Shown here one piece after another: positions 39,075-48,825 of a stretch of DNA of 64,000 nucleotides. The position numbers were made by a program, and so were the translations under genes. Location: contig WFXO01000070.1 of NCBI GenBank assembly GCA_015490555.1, positions 6,606-70,605 on the forward strand, written 5' to 3'. Position 1 is the stretch's first letter. Every line of letters begins with the position of its first letter. Under the pieces are notes generated by a model, which ran no database searches, was not told the origin of the DNA, and was given only the letters and a program-made list of their open reading frames with translations. The DNA is from a candidate division WOR-3 bacterium. Its GTDB lineage: Bacteria; Hydrothermota; Hydrothermia; WGAB01.

Positions 39075-41282
39075 TCAGTCCTTGTCGTTCGGGGAGTCCT
39101 TCTCTTCTTGCTTGAGACGGATCCAGGTCTGTTGACCCTGCTTGGCCTTGAAGGGTTTGGGCGCTTCGTATTCCCGCGGATTCTCTAACTCCCAGGCATA
39201 GAGAGATTGCCCCTTGGCGTACTTCTTCAGGAAGCGTGGGTCGGCGAGGTGCTTCGCATAGTGTTCGTCTCCCAGGAGTTCCTCAACGGTAAATGGGCCG
39301 TGAACATCTCGGATTTCCACCGTGCCGAGGACCTCATTCCCCCGGATGACCGCAACCCGGCCACGAACCCGGGTCGGATGCTTGCGGATTTCCCACCGCT
39401 TTTTCCCCTGCACGATGTACGTGGCATACGGGTCCTGGACCCGGAACCCCCGATCCGGCAACCGGTCGGCCTGGAAGAAAGTCCCATAGCCCACGATATA
39501 GACCGCGTCCGGATCCAGGGCTTTCAAGATCTCCTGTCGATGGAGGACCAGGACCAGGGCGATCCCTTGCTCACGGGCAAGGTGGGAGAGCCGCCGGGCC
39601 ACACGCAAGGCGGTGGGAGTGTCCAACGGCGCGGCAAATTCGTCAATCAGCAGGACATTCGGCCGTTTGGCCAGGAGATAGGCGAGTTGGGCCCTCGCCT
39701 TTTGGCCGGTGGAGAGTTCCCGATAAGGTGCCCGATAGAGGACCGCATCGGAGATGCCCACGATACTCAAGAGTTCGACGACCAGGGCCTCATCCCCTGT
39801 GAGCCGATACAGGACCTCGGCCAGCGGCTCGTCGCCGAAGTCCGGCTCGATCTCCCCGGGCAATAGGGCCTCGACCCGGGCGTTTTCTGGGACTTCGATC
39901 GTCCCCTCATCCGGCCGATAAAGGGGATTGTCCCATCCCTGGATGGCACCGTAAATTAACCGGAGCAGAGTTGTCTTCCCACTCCCAGATGCCCCCAGCA
40001 CCACCTGGACTGAGCCTGGAGAGATCTCCATCTGGACCCGACGAAGCACCGTCTTCTGGATCACCCGGTGGCGGACCCCAAAGGCCTCCAGAAGCCGGCC
40101 TACCGGTTCTGACAACTTCGACAGATCCAGATGACTGGTATAGGCCTTGGTGACGTTGATTAGGCGGATGGGAGATTGGAGCGGCTCGCCCGCCCGATAG
40201 CGAGGCCGGTAGAGTTTGCCTTTGTGTTCCCGGGCCACCGCGTCGGTCTCCAAGAAGGCCTGGATCGCCTGGGCGGCGGCCTCGCTGAGCGCATAGTAGA
40301 GCACCGGCCGGCCACTGGCCGTGTCCCAGAGGTAGCGGAACCCCACTTTTTCCATGAAGGGGTTGTATCGGGTCATCATGGCGACCGTCTCGACTGCCTC
40401 TTTGGGAGCACGCATGTCCGGGACCCAGCGTTCCTGGAGCCATTGGAACATGGCTTTGAGGGCCAGTTGCCCCAAGCCGTCTGCGCGGTAATCCGGATGG
40501 ATCACAACCCGTGCCAGTCGGGCAACCGGTGAGCGGGCTTCTCTAAGGGCCGCTCCCTGGACTTCCCACCAGTCCTCTTCTTTCTCTCCAGGCTTCGGAT
40601 GAAAGGGATGGGCAAACCACTCCGGCGGAAAGACCTTTTGGCGGATATCCCGCTCTATATTGCCATCGGGAAGACGCCGGTGCATCAAGGGCAACGGCGG
40701 ATCGATCCGTACATAGCCAATGTATCTCGGCTCGTAGGGCTGGCGGCTCCGAAGCTCCAAGACCAGAAAGCGAGAAGCACGGGTAGCACTTTTGAGGTCA
40801 TGGAATCGCATGGGCTTGTGGCATTTCGGGCAGACAGGGCGGGCGTTGGATTCCCGATAGAGGTGGCAGGTCTCACAGTACCAGCGTGCCAAGAGTTCCT
40901 CGTCTGACGCGTAATGGTACTGCTCAAGGTCCACGATCGCTGCATAGTCGTGCTCAAATTGGGCTTCCCTGGCCAGGACCGTGTAGGTATAGAGGATCTC
41001 CTCGGAGACGGGACTCCGACGGTGTGATTCAAACGTGGCCTCAAAGGGCGGCCAGATAGGGATGGCCCCCTCCAGACGATAGTTGGTGAACGTGATGGCC
41101 TCAGGATCTTCCAGGGTGAGGGTCAGGGGCTCCCCGGGACGAAGCCACTGGGCCACGGTGCCGGTCATGGGGAGCCGATAGCGGGCACCATGCTCGTCCT
41201 CGACCCACAAGAAGCCAGCATATCGATACGTGCCTCGCCGATACACAGCACGCCAGACTCGAACCTCCATTGCCTCTTTCAT
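39075..41282 (-). CDS. Multidomain protein: CxxC...CxxC Zn-ribbon, GNAT-like acetyltransferase motif, single ABC-type ATPase domain, C-terminal ASCH domain
   Basis: Zn-ribbon 'CETCHLYRESNARPVCPKCHKP' (~aa 136-154). GNAT motif-A-like 'VVIHPDYRADGLGQLALKAMFQWL' (~aa 259-282). ABC Walker A 'VLGASGSGKTTLL', signature 'LSTGQ', Walker B 'VLLIDEF' (aa ~428-548). ASCH signature GxKxxExR as 'GKKRWEIR' (~aa 626-633). Confidence 0.6.
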   Translation of the reverse strand: MKEAMEVRVWRAVYRRGTYRYAGFLWVEDEHGARYRLPMTGTVAQWLRPGEPLTLTLEDPEAITFTNYRLEGAIPIWPPFEATFESHRRSPVSEEILYTYTVLAREAQFEHDYAAIVDLEQYHYASDEELLARWYCETCHLYRESNARPVCPKCHKPMRFHDLKSATRASRFLVLELRSRQPYEPRYIGYVRIDPPLPLMHRRLPDGNIERDIRQKVFPPEWFAHPFHPKPGEKEEDWWEVQGAALREARSPVARLARVVIHPDYRADGLGQLALKAMFQWLQERWVPDMRAPKEAVETVAMMTRYNPFMEKVGFRYLWDTASGRPVLYYALSEAAAQAIQAFLETDAVAREHKGKLYRPRYRAGEPLQSPIRLINVTKAYTSHLDLSKLSEPVGRLLEAFGVRHRVIQKTVLRRVQMEISPGSVQVVLGASGSGKTTLLRLIYGAIQGWDNPLYRPDEGTIEVPENARVEALLPGEIEPDFGDEPLAEVLYRLTGDEALVVELLSIVGISDAVLYRAPYRELSTGQKARAQLAYLLAKRPNVLLIDEFAAPLDTPTALRVARRLSHLAREQGIALVLVLHRQEILKALDPDAVYIVGYGTFFQADRLPDRGFRVQDPYATYIVQGKKRWEIRKHPTRVRGRVAVIRGNEVLGTVEIRDVHGPFTVEELLGDEHYAKHLADPRFLKKYAKGQSLYAWELENPREYEAPKPFKAKQGQQTWIRLKQEEKDSPNDKD

Positions 41283-41375
41283 GGCTCCTTCTCCGTGGAA
41301 AGTTTGTTATCGGATCGGGGCTCCTCCGTGGACCTGTAGGGCGAGATTGCTCAAATCTCCTTGCGCCACAAAAGT

Positions 41376-41942
41376 TTATAGAGGGGATTGGAGCCAATCA
41401 ATCGTTCCCCCTCTTCTTTCCAGGATTCGCTCAAGCCGGCGTCGGTTGAGTCTCTGAACAGCCACGGGATAGGCGTTAAAGAGGAGGTTGAACAAAAACA
41501 GCCAGCCCGCAAACGCCCAATTGCGGGTGATCGCAGCGAAAAGAACGATCAACATTTCCAGAATCCATAGGAGCATGTGGGCGGTTTCGGCCTCCACCAT
41601 GGTTTGGTAGAGTCGGACCAGCCGTTGCCGTCGGTCAGGGGTAGCCAGGGCGTTCCGGTATGGGCCGTTCAGGATCTTGCGGAGGATCCTGCGAGCAAGC
41701 GTCACCCCGAAGAAACGGTACCCAGGTGGATGCTGTTTTTCGAAACGACGGTGACGGTAATAGGAACGGGGGAAACGGTAGGGAGATGTCCGCATCAAGA
41801 GATGTGCCCAAAGCATCAGAAAGCCCTGCAGCCATAGGGCACGAGACCACGGGGCGGTGTTCGCTGTCCGCATGAACAACGTGACGATTGCGGCCATCCC
41901 GAGGGTCAGGAAGATTGCGCCCAGTTTCCTCAAGGACACCAC
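41376..41942 (-). CDS. Small polytopic membrane protein (possibly CrtO-like acyltransferase family), hypothetical
   Basis: 188 aa with 3-4 hydrophobic helices. I weakly recall 'NAYPVAVQRLNRRRLE' as resembling glycosyl-diaponeurosporenoate acyltransferase-like proteins. Low confidence. Confidence 0.35.
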   Translation of the reverse strand: MVSLRKLGAIFLTLGMAAIVTLFMRTANTAPWSRALWLQGFLMLWAHLLMRTSPYRFPRSYYRHRRFEKQHPPGYRFFGVTLARRILRKILNGPYRNALATPDRRQRLVRLYQTMVEAETAHMLLWILEMLIVLFAAITRNWAFAGWLFLFNLLFNAYPVAVQRLNRRRLERILERRGGTIDWLQSPL

Positions 41943-42011
41943 AATGGGGAATTTTAAAGGGGTCCCACACTTCCTCGCGGGCCGATTTCTTCAAAGTTTA
42001 TGGTGTGCCGA

Positions 42012-42407
42012 TCAAAGCGATCCGGCTGGCCCAACGTCTCCTCTCTTGAGTTGTTGGTACGCGAGTTTGGCGAGGCCGCCCGCGATGTGATCTTTTAAGG
42101 TGGTGCCTTCCACGGCCAGTTCGCCCTCTACCTTTTGTCTGACCTTCTCGGGGTCGGCCCGCTTGATCATCCGAACCGCATTCCGGCTGATCCCAAGAAA
42201 CTGTGCAATTTCATCTTCCGTCTTGTTCATTTCCTCGCTTAAGACCACGGTATAGGCGGCCGTCATGAGACTGGGGAGCCAGGTCAGGTTTCGAAACTCG
42301 ATGAGCTTCCGGGGTCCTCCAATCATTTCCAGGACTTTCAAGAAGACCTGCATCGCCTTTTGATCCACATCCACGGCTTGGATTTCCTCAGGTCGAAGCA
42401 CCGGCAT
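42012..42407 (-). CDS. Small putative HTH regulator, hypothetical
   Basis: 131 aa with an HTH-like segment 'EDEIAQFLGISRNAVRMIKR'. It sits 4 nt downstream of the KaiC-like ATPase gene. Confidence 0.4.
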   Translation of the reverse strand: MPVLRPEEIQAVDVDQKAMQVFLKVLEMIGGPRKLIEFRNLTWLPSLMTAAYTVVLSEEMNKTEDEIAQFLGISRNAVRMIKRADPEKVRQKVEGELAVEGTTLKDHIAGGLAKLAYQQLKRGDVGPAGSL

Positions 42408-42411
42408 GGTC

Positions 42412-43395
42412 TCACCTCCCGGTTTTGGCTTTCGTCAAAGAAGACAGGGGCTCTTTCACGACGACCAGGCCAGTTTCTGTGATTTCCATGTGATGCGTGG
42501 AGGGATCGTGCCCACACATCCGACACCCATCGATGCGAATCAGGTGGACCCGTTCGCCGATTGGAAGTCCATAGAGTTTTGCGTCGTAAGCCGATTGGAT
42601 ATTCTTCTTGGCCAGGACGATGGAGCAGTCCACGATGTGGGACACCGCATAGCCCCCGGCGGCTTCTGCGGACATCTCCTCATGGCCACTCCGTTTCTGG
42701 GACACAAAGATCGCGGTTTGATGCCATTTTTTCATGAAGTTATAGAGCCGACGGACGATGCTACGCGCCATCATCTCCTTGGCCTCATAGAGGCCCGTGA
42801 CGGAGTCGATCACCGTGTTTTTGACATGGTATGTCGAGATGGCATACGCCAGGGTGTTGAAGAGCGTGGAGAGGTCGTCCCGCAGGACTGCATGGCTGGC
42901 GGCATCGATGATCACAATTCGATCCTCGATGTCCTCATAGGCCACCCCCATAGCGCGGGCCCGGACCTTCAAAGCGGCCGCAAGGAAGGAGGCCGGGGTC
43001 TCGACCGTGACAAAAATCGTGTTGTGGCCCTGTCGTGCCTGCTCCACCGCAAATTGCTCGGCCATGAGCGACTTGCCGGTGTCCGAGACCCCGGTAAGGT
43101 GGATCACGGCATACCGCGGATAGCCGCCGAGAGGCTGCTTCTTCGGCCTGCCCCGTTTTGTCAGGGTAGTCACAAAGAAAAGGTCATCCAGGCCGGGCAC
43201 ACCGGTGGCGACACCCTCCAACTCCGGCGCCCGTTGACCCACCTGTTGAAGCGTTTCGACGGCCTCCACGAACGGGCCGTGTTCCGTAGGCTCGGCTCCC
43301 TGCCCCCGGGGTGTTCGAGCGGCGGTCTCTCTCGGATCGTGCTTCATCAACCTTCCCTCCTGTCTGTGGCAACCCCTGGATTCGGGCTCACACAC
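42412..43395 (-). CDS. KaiC/RadA-like RecA-superfamily ATPase (single domain)
   Basis: Walker A 'HLTGVSDTGKSLMAEQF', Walker B-like 'IVIIDAAS', and the overall KaiC-like pattern 'GVPGLDDLF...GGYPRYAVI'. Confidence 0.65.
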   Translation of the reverse strand: MCEPESRGCHRQEGRLMKHDPRETAARTPRGQGAEPTEHGPFVEAVETLQQVGQRAPELEGVATGVPGLDDLFFVTTLTKRGRPKKQPLGGYPRYAVIHLTGVSDTGKSLMAEQFAVEQARQGHNTIFVTVETPASFLAAALKVRARAMGVAYEDIEDRIVIIDAASHAVLRDDLSTLFNTLAYAISTYHVKNTVIDSVTGLYEAKEMMARSIVRRLYNFMKKWHQTAIFVSQKRSGHEEMSAEAAGGYAVSHIVDCSIVLAKKNIQSAYDAKLYGLPIGERVHLIRIDGCRMCGHDPSTHHMEITETGLVVVKEPLSSLTKAKTGR

Positions 43396-43455
43396 GGAAT
43401 CCTATAAAAATATCGTTGGCATGGAAAAAGTTGTCAAGTCTTTGGTTTCCAGGTG

Positions 43456-43486
43456 CTTGACAATCCTGCCCACAAGGGGTATCATG
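43456..43486 (+). promoter_or_regulatory. Sigma-70-like promoter candidate (TTGACA-17 nt-TATCAT) for the gene at 43509
   Basis: 'cTTGACAatcctgcccacaaggggTATCATgg' as seen directly. The -35 lies inside the right arm of an 8-bp inverted repeat TTGTCAAG/CTTGACAA (43431-43463). Confidence 0.4.
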
Positions 43487-43508
43487 GGGCAAGGTGAGGT
43501 GATGCAAA

Positions 43509-44489
43509 ATGCTTTGGGCCCTGTTCTTGTGGTTGTCTCTGGTCGGTTCGCCCCAGGAGCCCACCTACCAATACATCATCATAGACATCGATCCCACCCC
43601 TTTGACCGGCCCCCTCCTTGCATCCATTTTCCATTCCTGGCACCTCTATGGTCAGTATTTTACCACCCTTGAGAGTCTCCCCCTGGCGATGGAAAGCCAA
43701 TCGCTGTGGGTCATCGCCGGCATGTTTCCCAATAGTGAGCAAATTCCGGAGTCTACAGGCCAGATGATCGAGGAGTATTTACAGACCGTACCGAACGCCC
43801 GATTTTACCTGGAGGGCGGAGATGTCTTCGCCTGGGATCCGCAAACCGGTTTCTGGGACCCGAAGCCCTGGATGGGGATCCTCCAGGCAGAAGATTCCGG
43901 CTTTGGCGATGAGATCCTTATCGGCGTCGAAAATTCCCTGATCCCCGACTGGGTCGGAGATACCGGGATCTACACAGGGGAATACAGTTGGGTGGACCAA
44001 TTCAGTCCGGACCCGAACCCACCCCATGGGGGAACTGCGGAAGTGGTTCTTCTGGAACCCGATATGATGGGTCAAGGTGTGATTTTCCGGGGGATTGCCT
44101 ATGATCAGGGCTCCTGGAAAACCATGGCCTTTACCATGGAGGCTGGAGGTCTGACCGGTACCTTAAACACGGCGGCCTTCGCCTATGCGATCCTCTCATT
44201 CTTTGATATTCCGGTGGAAGTTGTCGAGGATTCCCTCCCTTCTCCGGCCCCCAGAGCGGGTACAATCATTTGTACCGACGGCCTCCTTCGGCTCCCGGAC
44301 CTCGGGCCTGGACCCGCGCGTATCTCCCTCATCAACGCCTCGGGCCGGATGATTTGGACCCATCGTTTTCCTGTGATCCTTCCAAAAGAGATCCGTCTTT
44401 CCCATCCCCCTTCCGGCCTCTTTTTCCTTTCCGTTCAGACAAAGGCGGCTTCTCGCGTTCTCCCCGTCCTTTTTCTCCGTACCCCCTAA
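43509..44489 (+). CDS. Secreted hypothetical protein with T9SS C-terminal sorting domain
   Basis: Signal peptide 'MLWALFLWLSLVGSPQEP'. CTD '...ISLINASGRMIWTHRFP...GLFFLSVQTKAASRVLPVLF'. RBS AAGGTGAGGTG. Confidence 0.55.
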   Translation: MLWALFLWLSLVGSPQEPTYQYIIIDIDPTPLTGPLLASIFHSWHLYGQYFTTLESLPLAMESQSLWVIAGMFPNSEQIPESTGQMIEEYLQTVPNARFYLEGGDVFAWDPQTGFWDPKPWMGILQAEDSGFGDEILIGVENSLIPDWVGDTGIYTGEYSWVDQFSPDPNPPHGGTAEVVLLEPDMMGQGVIFRGIAYDQGSWKTMAFTMEAGGLTGTLNTAAFAYAILSFFDIPVEVVEDSLPSPAPRAGTIICTDGLLRLPDLGPGPARISLINASGRMIWTHRFPVILPKEIRLSHPPSGLFFLSVQTKAASRVLPVLFLRTP

Positions 44490-44612
44490 ATTTCCATTTG
44501 TTCTTTTGTGTATTTGTTCGGTTGTTGTTTTGTGGCCTTCTGGGGGACGGGGGGCAGGTCGATTTCGTGAGGTCGGGCCCCGTGTATGCAGAGAGCCGGA
44601 ACGCAGGATTGT

Positions 44613-46115
44613 TCAAACCTTGTAGAGGAGATCTAAGTAACGGCGGAGTAATTCGTCAATGACGCCACGGAACGGCAACGTGGCGGCCATTCCATAGACC
44701 GGGGCCAGGCGGCCGCGCTCCTCTGGGTGTGCCTTGACGTGCTCCACCGCGGCCCGAAGGTCCTCGAGGAACCGCTCGGCGACCCCGGGCCGGGTATGCC
44801 GAAGGGTCACGGCGATGTGGACGGCCGGTGGGTTCTGAAGTGGGTTCAGGTTCCAACCCCGGGTGGCCATGAACTCCATGACCCGATAGATGTCCAGGGT
44901 GTCGGAGCCGAACGCGAGGATCCAGAGTCCATCCCCCAGCAAATGCATCTCCGGGATCGCTCGGATGCCCTCCTTGATCTCGGCGGCGGTCTCCAGAATC
45001 TGGCGCGTCGCCTCGAGGTAGCCCTCTTCTCCCATGGCGACAAGCGCTGCCCAACAGACGGCACTTAGGGCACCGGGCCGGCTCCCCGCCAGGGTCGGCG
45101 AAAGGTAGAGGCCACCGGGCCAGTCTGTAGCCGTGAAGTACTGATACCGACGGAGTTCCGGGGTTCGATAGAGGACCACAGAGGTCCCCTTGGCGGCATA
45201 GCCGTATTTGTGGGTGTCCGCGGAAATGGACGTCACACCGGGGAGCCGGAAGTCGAAGGGTGGGATGTCGTAGCCGAGTTTTTCTGCCCAAGGCAAGATA
45301 AAGCCCCCCAGACAGGCGTCGGTGTGGAACCCAATCCCATGTTGTCGCGCCAGTTCCGACATCTCTTCAATCGGATCAATCACGCCGTGAGGGAAGGACG
45401 GAGCCGAGCCGATGATCACGATCGTATTCCGTGTAATGGCCTTTCGGATCGCCTTTACATCCGCTCGAAACTGGTCATCCACCGGCGTGCGGATCATCCG
45501 AATCCCGAAGTAGTGCGCTGCCTTGTCGAAGGACACATGGGCCGTCACGGGCGCAATCATCTCCGGGCGTCGGATCCCCTTCTTGTCTCGTGCCCATTCT
45601 CGGTAGGCGAGCATGGCCAGAAGGATGCTCTCCGTGCCTCCGGAAGTCACCGTGCCACAGATCTCATCCCCGGGTTGGGCGCCCAACATCGCAGCGGTCA
45701 TCGAGACCACCTCGGCCTCGTATTTCGCCGCACTGGGCCACAGGTCTGCATGCAGGGGGTTGACCTGTGAGTGGAGGGCATACACACGGTTCAGAAAGTC
45801 GATCCAGGCCGCATCTCCATGATAGACCGCGCCGGAGACATAGCCTTCCTGCCATCGTTGAGACTCCTGGCGCTGGAGGTCTTCCATCATCTGGAGGATG
45901 GCCTCCTTGGCAACGCCTTTCTGAGGCAGGGTTGCGTACGTGGGCACCTTGCCGCGATAGGGCTTGACGGTCCCTTCCAAGGACGAGAGGATTTCCGAGT
46001 ATTCTTTTTCCATCTCGGCCCGGACCGCGGGGATCCGATGGAGAAAGCGTTCCAGCCGACGGATCCAGGAGGAAGGCATCCACCGAACATAGGGAAGCCA
46101 CCGCTCGATGTTCAT
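44613..46115 (-). CDS. PLP-dependent group II decarboxylase-fold enzyme, sphingosine-1-phosphate-lyase-like
   Basis: '[11 protein letters not shown]', '[20 protein letters not shown]' (Lys is the PLP-binding residue in context) and the overall SPL-like pattern. Start taken at ATG 46115 (MNIERW...), directly after the FGGY stop; the track extends to 46382. Confidence 0.65.
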   Translation of the reverse strand: MNIERWLPYVRWMPSSWIRRLERFLHRIPAVRAEMEKEYSEILSSLEGTVKPYRGKVPTYATLPQKGVAKEAILQMMEDLQRQESQRWQEGYVSGAVYHGDAAWIDFLNRVYALHSQVNPLHADLWPSAAKYEAEVVSMTAAMLGAQPGDEICGTVTSGGTESILLAMLAYREWARDKKGIRRPEMIAPVTAHVSFDKAAHYFGIRMIRTPVDDQFRADVKAIRKAITRNTIVIIGSAPSFPHGVIDPIEEMSELARQHGIGFHTDACLGGFILPWAEKLGYDIPPFDFRLPGVTSISADTHKYGYAAKGTSVVLYRTPELRRYQYFTATDWPGGLYLSPTLAGSRPGALSAVCWAALVAMGEEGYLEATRQILETAAEIKEGIRAIPEMHLLGDGLWILAFGSDTLDIYRVMEFMATRGWNLNPLQNPPAVHIAVTLRHTRPGVAERFLEDLRAAVEHVKAHPEERGRLAPVYGMAATLPFRGVIDELLRRYLDLLYKV

Positions 46116-47698
46116 GACCCACCCCCATTCAGTCTTGCACAAATAGGGCGAAATGCACGATAGAGATTGCGGAACTCGCGGTAGAGACGATCGTAGAGTT
46201 CGCGATGGGCGGGGTTGGGCGGAAAGGTGTTCTGGATGGGCACCCGGTTCGGGATCTCTTCCCAAGTGGTCTGTTTCAAGGCCACAGCGGCGAGGAAGGC
46301 GGCCCCGCGGACTCCGGCCCAGATCGGGTCTTCGATCTGGAGGATCGTTCGTTGCAGGACATCGGCATGGATCTGACACCACAGATCGGACTGTGCCCCA
46401 CCACCGACCATGCGAAGGGTCTGAAGGGTCCGCCCCAGGAAGTGTTCTATGCCTTCTAGGAGCCAGCGGGCGTTCAGGGCAACCCCTTCAAAGACCGCGC
46501 GTACCAGGGCGGGTCGGGGGGTGCCCAGGGAGACGTTAAAGAAGCCGCCTCGGATCCAGGGGTCTTCAACCGGGGTCCGTTCTCCGACAAGCCACGGAGC
46601 AAAGAGGACCCCATCGCTTCCCGGTGGTGCCTGGGCGGCGAGTTCGTCCATGCGGCGGTAGGCGTCAGGGGGTGGCGGGCCGGTATCTAGTGCATCGTCG
46701 CCGTAAAACAGGTGGTCTCGCAGGAAGTTCAGGCAGGCCCCGGCACACTCCTGTTCGTTCGCCAGATAGTATTTGCCGGGGATGGCGGACGGCAGCGAGG
46801 CCATGTTCCGAAAGAGGTCGGTTTTCTTATAGGGCAGGTGGCAGGAGATCCAGGAGGAGGTGCCCAGGTACAGATGGGCGTCATAGTCCTGGACCGCGCC
46901 CGCACCAATAGCAGCGGCGTGGGTGTCGTTGGTCCCGGCCAGGACCGGGATGCCCGCCGGTAAACCCAGTTCTTCGGCCGCGTCCGCCTGGAGAGGGCCG
47001 AGTACGTCCAGGGTCCGGTATAGGGGCGGGAACTTCTCTCGATCGACCCCGGCATACCGGAGGAGCCTCGGGTGGTAGTCCACATGATGGATGTCTCGAT
47101 GGTCGGTCAACCAGTAAAGGAGCATGGTCTCCGGGGTGGCCCCGAAGGTGCCCGTCATTCGGAGATTCAGGTAGTCTTTCGGTTCCAGGAATTGGTGGGT
47201 TTCGCGGTAGATCTCGGGTCGTTCGTGTTTCAGGTAGAGGACATGGGCAATGGAGTCTTTGCCAGAATGGGTGGGGATGCCGCCGGTGAGATAGATCCAG
47301 ACCAATGCTCGTCGGAGGCCATAGCCCTGGATCTTCACGAATCCACGGGTGATGTCTTCGATATAGGGTGCGCCGCGGGTGTCCATCCACAAGATGGCGT
47401 TCATGAGGGGGCGACCCTGGGCGTCCACAGGGACCACCGTGGAATACATGCTGGCACAAGAAATGGCCATGACCCGGTCTCGGAGGTCTGGATGTGCATC
47501 CAGGAGTTCTCGGGAGGCTTCACATACCGCGGTCCACCAATCGTCCGGGTTCTGTTCGATCCCGCCGTCCGGGAGGAAGTGGGTGGAGACCGATTTGCGG
47601 GTCCGTGTGAGGATGGTCCCCTCCGGGGTCACCAGGGCAACTTTGGGCCCGGATGTCCCCAGGTCCACCGCCAGAATACACCGAGATGGATGCGCCAT
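46112..47698 (-). CDS. FGGY-family carbohydrate kinase (xylulokinase/glycerol-kinase-like)
   Basis: N-terminal '[15 protein letters not shown]' actin-fold ATPase motif and the FGGY C-terminal pattern. Start at ATG 47698; the track extends to 47782. Confidence 0.75.
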   Translation of the reverse strand: MAHPSRCILAVDLGTSGPKVALVTPEGTILTRTRKSVSTHFLPDGGIEQNPDDWWTAVCEASRELLDAHPDLRDRVMAISCASMYSTVVPVDAQGRPLMNAILWMDTRGAPYIEDITRGFVKIQGYGLRRALVWIYLTGGIPTHSGKDSIAHVLYLKHERPEIYRETHQFLEPKDYLNLRMTGTFGATPETMLLYWLTDHRDIHHVDYHPRLLRYAGVDREKFPPLYRTLDVLGPLQADAAEELGLPAGIPVLAGTNDTHAAAIGAGAVQDYDAHLYLGTSSWISCHLPYKKTDLFRNMASLPSAIPGKYYLANEQECAGACLNFLRDHLFYGDDALDTGPPPPDAYRRMDELAAQAPPGSDGVLFAPWLVGERTPVEDPWIRGGFFNVSLGTPRPALVRAVFEGVALNARWLLEGIEHFLGRTLQTLRMVGGGAQSDLWCQIHADVLQRTILQIEDPIWAGVRGAAFLAAVALKQTTWEEIPNRVPIQNTFPPNPAHRELYDRLYREFRNLYRAFRPICARLNGGGS

Positions 47699-47864
47699 AG
47701 AACCACTCCTTTTTGCCACACTCCAGGGAGCACCATCCCGATCCAGTAAGCCCGCCTCCGCCTTTTTCTGAATGACGATCAACTACTTACGGTTGAATTG
47801 TAAAAGTGTTCAATTGTTTTCTTGTGTGAGTGTTGATTTGTTCGGAGTGGTTCCAGTGTCGGGG

Positions 47865-48824
47865 TCAGGGAGTGGAAGAAGGGGTGTGCAGTGCTTCTTC
47901 TAAGACGGTTCGGACGAGGGGATGGTCTTCGGTCTCGTAGAGGTCCTGGAGCCGGCGTCGGACACTCTCCCCGCCGATCGCTGCCAAGGCCTGTACGGTA
48001 TACGCTCGAACAACGGGTTCCGACGCCTCCAGGTATGGGAACAGGGCCTTTCGGCATTGGGGTTTCCAGGGTTCTAAAGAGTCACCCGATTGGCGGCGGA
48101 ACATTTCAGCCAGAGCGCGGATCCAAAGCCGGGCGGACTGGAACCCGGTCTCCCTTTCCAGGTGAGCCAAAATCTCCGGGATGACGTCGCCCGGTAACCT
48201 CGAAATGGCCTGTACGGCCTGCATCCGGATCTGCATATTCGGGGCGCGGAGCATCTCCCCATAGGTCTCCAGGAGTCTCGGCAACGGCATATTTCGGAGG
48301 GCCGAGGCGGCCCGCACGCGGACCTTTTCGTCCTCATGATGGAGGTAGGGCAGGATCCGGGACACCGCGACCGTATCCCGGATCTCACCCAGGGTATAGA
48401 GGATCCGGGCGATCATGCGGGGCCGTTTTTCCTGGGCCAGAAGGTCAAGGAGGGTCGGAACGGCTGCACTGTCCTTCACCTTGGCGCAGAGCCAGAGCGC
48501 GGCCCGCCGGATCGTGTCGTTCTCGTTCTCTAAGGCATCCAGGAGGTACGGTGTGGCCTCCTCCCGGTTGGCCTTGACCACAGCCAAAATGGCGCGAAGG
48601 TCCAGAGTCTTTAAGGTCTTGATCTTCTCAGAAAACAGAAAGTCCAGGGCGACTTTCCCATAGGACGCGAGTTCTTTCCGGGCTTCTGGGACCTTTTCTT
48701 TGTTCTCTCCGACCCCCCATTGGGTGGCCACCTGGTAGATCTCCTCCAGTTTCGCCTTCAGGCTATCGTTGAGGGTATCGGGGGCTAAAAACAGGAGGGC
48801 GGTGGCCAAAGCCCACATGGGCAT
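47865..48824 (-). CDS. HEAT/PBS-lyase-like repeat protein
   Basis: Repeated ~30-aa units with 'VR..A..AL..IG' periodicity. Signal-peptide-like N-terminus. Confidence 0.5.
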   Translation of the reverse strand: MPMWALATALLFLAPDTLNDSLKAKLEEIYQVATQWGVGENKEKVPEARKELASYGKVALDFLFSEKIKTLKTLDLRAILAVVKANREEATPYLLDALENENDTIRRAALWLCAKVKDSAAVPTLLDLLAQEKRPRMIARILYTLGEIRDTVAVSRILPYLHHEDEKVRVRAASALRNMPLPRLLETYGEMLRAPNMQIRMQAVQAISRLPGDVIPEILAHLERETGFQSARLWIRALAEMFRRQSGDSLEPWKPQCRKALFPYLEASEPVVRAYTVQALAAIGGESVRRRLQDLYETEDHPLVRTVLEEALHTPSSTP

Positions 48825-48825
48825 C

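Noticed and set aside
42406-43407. 333-aa plus-strand ORF
   Set aside because: It is entirely antisense to the KaiC-like ATPase gene, whose Walker motifs are unambiguous. The composition is Gly/Arg/His-rich, as is typical of reverse-frame GC-rich translation.
43502-43560. Alternative ATG at 43502 (frame MQNALGPVLVVVSGR...) for the gene downstream of the TTGACA promoter
   Set aside because: The ATG at 43509 in the other frame gives a canonical signal peptide (MLWALFLWLSLVGSP) and continues into a T9SS CTD-terminated ORF. The 43502 frame is short and has no features.
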